This document shows positions 59,801 to 64,000 of a stretch of DNA of 64,000 nt, piece after piece. The DNA lies in sequence record SRR31156797_9179. One strand, given 5' to 3'. Position numbers and translations under genes: made by a program. Position 1 is the first letter of the stretch, and every line of letters starts with the position of its first letter. Under the pieces are notes generated by a model. That model saw only the letters and a program-made list of their open reading frames with translations. It was not told the DNA's origin and searched no databases.

Positions 59801-60603
59801 GAGCCGATTTCATCTTTGGTATGAATACTTAAAGGAGTGTGATAATTTCCTTTTGCCATTAGCTTAAAATTACCAACCATTTCTTTTATTGGAACAGTAA
59901 TTGATTTTGAGATATATTTGGCAAGTAATAATATTACAACACAAAGTATTATTGCTATAATTGCCATAGCCCAGACCAATGCACTATTAAATTTGTGAGA
60001 TAAGCTATTAACTTCATCACTAATTCCGGTATAATGCTTTTGTATTTCGTGCAATTCAGATTTAATTTTTTCAATATCAATGGTCGACTTTCCACTTTGC
60101 AATTCATTTTTGATCAACTCTGCTGCATCCAATGCTTTTTGAGAATGTCCTCTGGTACTTTCAATTTCGCCACTTTTAAGACTATTTAATATTCTTAAAC
60201 GGGAAACCATTAATTCGGCATTCTTTAATTCGTGATTGTAAATTTCAGGAAAGCCATTAAAAAGATATGTAGCTATTTCTTTATTTGTTTTGATGGGATA
60301 AAATCCTTGAATCTTTAGAAGATCCTTTACCAATTGGTTAGAACGATTGATATAATAAGCAGAAGATTCTCTGTATTTATCCTCTTTGGTTATCTGAAAA
60401 GAATAGAAATTGTCAACACCTTGTTGTAATAAACTTTCATGAATACGTAGCCCATTAATCATGATGCTAACAGTTCGGCTGGTTTTGAAAAAGAAGCTGG
60501 AGGTCAGACTCAAAATTAAAATACTGATAAGCGTTAATACTGTTAATAACAGTAATTTAGATTTTAACTTCCAATCTTTGAACATTTTCATTGTAAAATG
60601 CAT
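56851..60603 (-). CDS. Membrane hybrid sensor kinase: 2TM-HAMP-GAF-coiled coil-HisKA-HATPase-3xREC
   Basis: Two TMs, HAMP (DEIGSLA), GAF (GLVGQVA), QQEELRVANEEL x2, ANMSHELRTPLN, one degenerate and two intact receivers. Confidence 0.92.
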   Translation of the reverse strand: MHFTMKMFKDWKLKSKLLLLTVLTLISILILSLTSSFFFKTSRTVSIMINGLRIHESLLQQGVDNFYSFQITKEDKYRESSAYYINRSNQLVKDLLKIQGFYPIKTNKEIATYLFNGFPEIYNHELKNAELMVSRLRILNSLKSGEIESTRGHSQKALDAAELIKNELQSGKSTIDIEKIKSELHEIQKHYTGISDEVNSLSHKFNSALVWAMAIIAIILCVVILLLAKYISKSITVPIKEMVGNFKLMAKGNYHTPLSIHTKDEIGSLAQSFQIIQNDFQSVVDYTKMVANGDLSINLTPKSKEDELSISLNQMVKTLKDSKATNDETHWFRSGVNQLNEELQGDHELEEVASRTLGFMSEFLSAELGTLYVYHEEQETLSLAASFGIPDKNQYKNIRVGHGLVGQVAQTKKLKHLKDLPKEYFNVFSGTGEIMPKNVLLVPLVYNDALWGVLEIASIKIFSESIVDFVKAVRESITVKIASTLARVRLENLLKTTQEQASELQVQQEELRVANEELAEQTSILTENEKKLQVQQEELRVANEELEERTNQLEIQKEEIEQKNKGLSVAHDKIEVKARELEQASQYKSDFLANMSHELRTPLNSLLILSGILVKNKNGNLTDEDIESAQIINKSGKDLLQLINEILDLSKIEAGKMNIEFESVQPDDIKSEILMDFKHQADKKNLDFHVDISDDFANNIETDPLRLNQIIKNLLSNALKFTSKGAITVSMKKAVDSSKLWRSDLKTSDTYSITVTDTGVGIPDEKKEAIFEAFQQADGSTSRQYGGTGLGLSISKELARMLGGEIHLESEVGKGSSFTLFIPEKQNKTTIQNLKSVTLKNENEILETENKPVVLPIFIDDDRDIPHNGSTVVLIHPKRDEATSLYYQIHESSFHALVASNVADAILLIEAHQPSAIIIGMELILEKGEDVLNPLRLNSYASKLPMHIVNPVEGFIERDLNDLPTVNATNVSQAINKMKTQLFTESKKILVIEDNDTTRQLIKSILTPTNVQIDESTTGEEAFDLISKKNYDCIILDLGLPDISGNELLKKLSEANIKVPNTIIYTGKDLSREEHRELSKYTNSIILKGLKSDERLMDEVSLFLHQVATKTPENPKVKVTEIDDSIFKGKKVLVVDDEIRNIFALGKILEEKDMEVLEAENGKIAIDVLKNNANVDLVLMDIMMPEMDGYEAMTVIRQTPEIQDVPIICLTAKAMKDDYQKAISSGANDYLSKPIDENKLFSMLKIWLYN

Positions 60604-60920
60604 ATTTATAATGTGCGATTAAGTAGTTGTTTCTTATTATAGTGATTTGTTTTTTTGAATCACGCAGATATTACGGTTTTCGTAGTGAATGGTTACTTTT
60701 TAAGTGTTAATATCTGGTTTTTTTCCATAAAAAAAAGAGGTGTCGTAAAAATAAGATCGTTTAAGTAGTTCTTTTCCTTTTAAATATGGACTTTGTTATC
60801 GTTTCTATTGTTAATAAAAAAATGTTAATGAATTGTTATTGTATTTGGAAAAGAGAAAGCATAGCCATAGGTTTGTTAGTAATAAACAAAACTTATAATT
60901 AACCCTTAATCAAAAAAACT

Positions 60921-61445
60921 ATGAAATATTTAAGCTTATTGGCTATGTGCCTGATGTTGCTTTCATGTAATCAAAAATCCAAGCAAAAAGATTCAACTCC
61001 TAAGCAAGCAGAAATAAAGCAAATTGTTCAAACTATCGATCAGGTTATGCAAGCTGCTGAACAGAATGTTGGTAAACAGGTTCATTTTAAAGGTCTTGTT
61101 AATCATGTTTGTGCGCACTCTGGTAAACGATGCATTTTAAAAAACACATCTGGTGATTTATCTATTCGTGTTGAAGCTACAGGGAATTTAGAAGGTTTCA
61201 ATAAGGAAATTGCAGGTAATGATTTAATTGTAACGGGAACTTTAAGAGAAAAAAGGTTGGATACGGCTTACATTAATGAATGGGAAAAAGATATCAAATC
61301 TAAACATGATGCCGAGGAAGGTGGAGAACACTGTAGTTCTGAAATGGCTAACATTAAGGAAATGCGTGATTGGATGAAAGAGAATAACAAAGATTATTAT
61401 GCTATTTATTTTGTAGACGGAACCAGTTATGAAGTTGTGGAGTAA
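60921..61445 (+). CDS. Hypothetical lipoprotein, OB-fold-like with His/Cys motif
   Basis: Lipobox LLSC; GKQVHFKGLVNHVCAHSGKRC; GGEHC. Confidence 0.75.
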   Translation: MKYLSLLAMCLMLLSCNQKSKQKDSTPKQAEIKQIVQTIDQVMQAAEQNVGKQVHFKGLVNHVCAHSGKRCILKNTSGDLSIRVEATGNLEGFNKEIAGNDLIVTGTLREKRLDTAYINEWEKDIKSKHDAEEGGEHCSSEMANIKEMRDWMKENNKDYYAIYFVDGTSYEVVE

Positions 61446-61974
61446 GAAGGGAGCAAGAAAATGGCTTAGATTAATTCATCGAGATTTAGGTTTTTTCTTT
61501 GTAGGAATTACAATTATTTATTCTGTTTCGGGCATTCTTTTAAATCATAAGAAAAATGGAGAGGATCCAGCATATAAAACGGAATACAAATCTTATAATT
61601 TAGAAGCAAGTCTTAGTCCTGATCAATTAACTTCATATTGGAGTGAGGAATTGGATGCTTATCCTTTAAATAGAATTCTTCCCAATGGAGATACATACGA
61701 TATTTATCTTAAGGGAGGTTTGGGAAAGTATAATCCTGTAAATGGGAAGCTTACTTTTGAAGTGTATGAGAAAAAGGCTTGGGCATATTTTGTAAATAAG
61801 TTGCATTACAATAGTAAAAAAGGCTGGACACTTATGGCGGATATTTTTGCAATTGCAATGTTGATATTTGCTTTATCGGGTATGTTTATGGTACCTGGTA
61901 AAAAAGGATTAAATGGAAGAGGAAAATGGTTGATTGCCATAGGGATAATTATTCCATTTTTATTTTTCCTTTAA
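61429..61974 (+). CDS. PepSY-associated TM domain protein
   Basis: RLIHRDLGFF, SGILLNH, NKLHYN, W..MADIF, LSG. Confidence 0.85.
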   Translation: MKLWSKKGARKWLRLIHRDLGFFFVGITIIYSVSGILLNHKKNGEDPAYKTEYKSYNLEASLSPDQLTSYWSEELDAYPLNRILPNGDTYDIYLKGGLGKYNPVNGKLTFEVYEKKAWAYFVNKLHYNSKKGWTLMADIFAIAMLIFALSGMFMVPGKKGLNGRGKWLIAIGIIIPFLFFL

Positions 61975-61979
61975 AATAT

Positions 61980-62008
61980 AAGGTGCTGATTTAATCAGCA
62001 CCTTTTTT
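61980..62008 (+). terminator. Intrinsic terminator
   Basis: AAGGTGCTGATT-T-AATCAGCACCTT followed by TTTT. Confidence 0.85.
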
Positions 62009-62155
62009 ATTTTTGGAAATGTAAATGCTTAATTGCAATTTGGCAGAATACTTTGTTTGGAATGATAATTGATCAGGAGAAGTGGAAATTATAGATAACT
62101 ATTTTGTTAATCGATTTTATCAGTTAAATTGCTGACTTATAAATAAAACTTACCC

Positions 62156-63199
62156 ATGAATAGAATTTTAATCAGTTTATTGCTAATACTTTTTCATTTT
62201 AGCTCAATGAGTCAGAATAAGGAGTTAAAAAAATTGTACTCTAAAGGAAAATACGATCAGGTAATAAGTAAAGCGCAATCTTTATTATCAGATAATACTG
62301 GTGATCCTGACTTAAATTCGATTATTGGAAGAGCTTATACAGCATCTAAACAATTTAATATGGCTGTTCCGTATCTTGAAAAATCCATTCTTTCAGAATC
62401 GGTATCAGAAGAAACAAAGGCTTTGAGTAAAGCTTACTTAGCCAAGTGTTATTTTATAAATGGAGAGAAGAAAAAGGCAGTAACTTATTTAAAAGAGTGC
62501 CAGAATGGCAGAGAATCAAAAGAAGCTGTTAGATATGCTCAAAAATATTTAAGCCTGTTTCAAACAAGCATGTATTATAAGACTTGGGAAGTGGTTGAAA
62601 CCAAAAATATTAGATATCACTTTCAGGATAAGAAGAAGGTTGAGGATGTAGATAAATACATGAATAATTTAGAAGCGAATTACCAAAGAATAGTGAATTT
62701 GTTTACAATTGTTCCTACTAAAAAAATAGATGTATTTGTTTGGAGTGATAAGCATGAAGCTTACCGAAAATTTGATAAGTCTCTTAGTTTTTCAAATCCA
62801 GATTTGTGTATTGTAAATGTGTATAATAACCAGAAAGATGATTATGAATTTAACCATATGCTTTCTAATATGGTTATACGACCAAAGTTTAAGAGCATGC
62901 TGATTGATAAAGGTTTGGCTGTGTATTTTGATACCATGGATAAAAACCTGTTTGCTATTGCTCGAAAAAGAATACCAAAAGAGGATTTTTCTTTATTGGA
63001 ACTTTGGGAAGATCCGACTAGTTATGAACGAGATTTAAGTAAGCCTGTTGGTGCAGCTTTTATAGAGTTTTTAATTAATAAAGGTGGGAAAGCAAAGCTA
63101 AAAGAGTTTTTAAAGGTACAAACCATTAAGAATGCAGAAAAGGTTTATCCCGATTTTGATAAACTTGTTAAAACATTTGAAGCAATGTTGCTGAGATAA
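62156..63199 (+). CDS. Exported TPR protein with a degenerate gluzincin-like domain
   Basis: Signal peptide; TPR-like helices (IGRAY..A..YLEKS, LAKCY..G..KKA..YL); YEFNH...KGLAVYF. Confidence 0.7.
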   Translation: MNRILISLLLILFHFSSMSQNKELKKLYSKGKYDQVISKAQSLLSDNTGDPDLNSIIGRAYTASKQFNMAVPYLEKSILSESVSEETKALSKAYLAKCYFINGEKKKAVTYLKECQNGRESKEAVRYAQKYLSLFQTSMYYKTWEVVETKNIRYHFQDKKKVEDVDKYMNNLEANYQRIVNLFTIVPTKKIDVFVWSDKHEAYRKFDKSLSFSNPDLCIVNVYNNQKDDYEFNHMLSNMVIRPKFKSMLIDKGLAVYFDTMDKNLFAIARKRIPKEDFSLLELWEDPTSYERDLSKPVGAAFIEFLINKGGKAKLKEFLKVQTIKNAEKVYPDFDKLVKTFEAMLLR

Positions 63200-63234
63200 T
63201 GATTTAGAGTTGATTTATTAGAAGAAACTATAGT

Positions 63235-63273
63235 AAAAACCGCCTTGGAAAGAGTTCTAAGGCGGTTTTTTTT
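63235..63273. terminator. Bidirectional terminator
   Basis: AAAAACCGCCTTGGAA-AGAG-TTCTAAGGCGGTTTTT. Confidence 0.85.
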
Positions 63274-63318
63274 GTGTTAGAAAAGGTATTTGATTAGTGA
63301 AATGTTTATTCGTATTAT

Positions 63319-64000
63319 CTATTCATATTTTAAACTTTTAATTGGGTTTTGAGTTGCTGACCTCCAACTTTGGTAACTTACAGTGCAAATTGCAATTGCA
63401 AACACCATAAAAGCTACGGCAGCGAACACCCACCAAGGCATATCTATATGGAATGCATATTTGTTTAAATAAAAATCCATAATATACCAGGAAATAGGCC
63501 AGGCTATAAGATTGGAAAGAACTACCCATTTTGTGAATTCTTTAGAAAAAAGTGCAATAAGGTTTGTAACCGTTGCACCCAAAACTTTTCGAACACCAAC
63601 TTCTTTTGTTTTTTCCTCAGCCATAAACGAAGCCAATCCAAATAACCCTAGGCAGGATATAATGATTGTTAAAATGGTAAAATATTTTAAAATTGCCAAT
63701 GTACTGTCTTCTTCTCGGTACTGAGAAGCATATCTGTCCTCCAAAAAATTGATTTCCGTGGGAAAGCCAGGATTGTATTTTTTGCAAATTTTTTCGATAT
63801 GCGCCAGAGCACGAGTATTGGTATTTTCCCCAATTTTAATAGATAGATATCTGTACCTTTCAAAAGGAATAATAGCCATAGGTTCGATTTTTCTGTGTAA
63901 ACCTTTAAAATTGAAATCTTTTACAACCCCAATAATTCTTTTGTTGCTTCCCCAATGTACTATTGGTTTATCGATAACCGAATTGTTATCAATTGTTTTT
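63319..64000 (-). CDS. FtsX/MacB-type ABC permease, C-terminal part (5' end beyond the window)
   Basis: Frame is open to the edge: IIGVVKDFNFKGLHRKIEP, SCLGLFGL, KEVGVRKVLGA, NPIKSLKYE. Confidence 0.92.
   Translation of the reverse strand, partial: KTIDNNSVIDKPIVHWGSNKRIIGVVKDFNFKGLHRKIEPMAIIPFERYRYLSIKIGENTNTRALAHIEKICKKYNPGFPTEINFLEDRYASQYREEDSTLAILKYFTILTIIISCLGLFGLASFMAEEKTKEVGVRKVLGATVTNLIALFSKEFTKWVVLSNLIAWPISWYIMDFYLNKYAFHIDMPWWVFAAVAFMVFAIAICTVSYQSWRSATQNPIKSLKYE

Noticed and set aside
1239..63724. Numerous 60-150 aa ORFs antisense to or nested in long genes (e.g. 4011-4325, 21485-21931, 43650-44045)
   Set aside because: Shadow ORFs caused by the codon bias of the real genes.

Overview
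AT-rich chromosomal window from a Bacteroidota bacterium. The TAnnTTTG -7 promoters and Bacteroidales-type gene content support this; a marine Marinifilaceae-like organism is a guess. It is mostly intact housekeeping sequence: 3' end of a tRNA, GH92 mannosidase, aspA, trmO, hemF-hemH, POT transporter, nnr, pepD, pncB, fabK-like/M16/M16, spoT, fur, purA, hutG, glyA, exbB-exbD-tonB/tolA, nhaD, tamB, tsaD and a partial FtsX-type permease. I found no transposase, integrase, phage gene, CRISPR array or cas gene. Points worth a second look: (i) two unexplained degenerate intergenic tandem arrays, 6 x 23 bp palindromic units at 5386-5523 and a 21-bp-period array with a constant 9-nt core behind its own promoter-like motif at 12789-12902; (ii) two GTAG-type REP palindromes; (iii) three tandem MFSD1-like MFS paralogs near a dipeptidase; (iv) three CLC-CBS paralogs with non-canonical selectivity residues; (v) a receptor-less CheR/CheB plus methyl-accepting coiled-coil kinase (MAC-type) operon followed by a CYTH gene; (vi) structured 5' leaders (aspA, purA, glyA, second CLC); (vii) a probable non-AUG start for tamB; (viii) a degenerate gluzincin-TPR protein. 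All product calls come from motif recognition by eye, not database searches.
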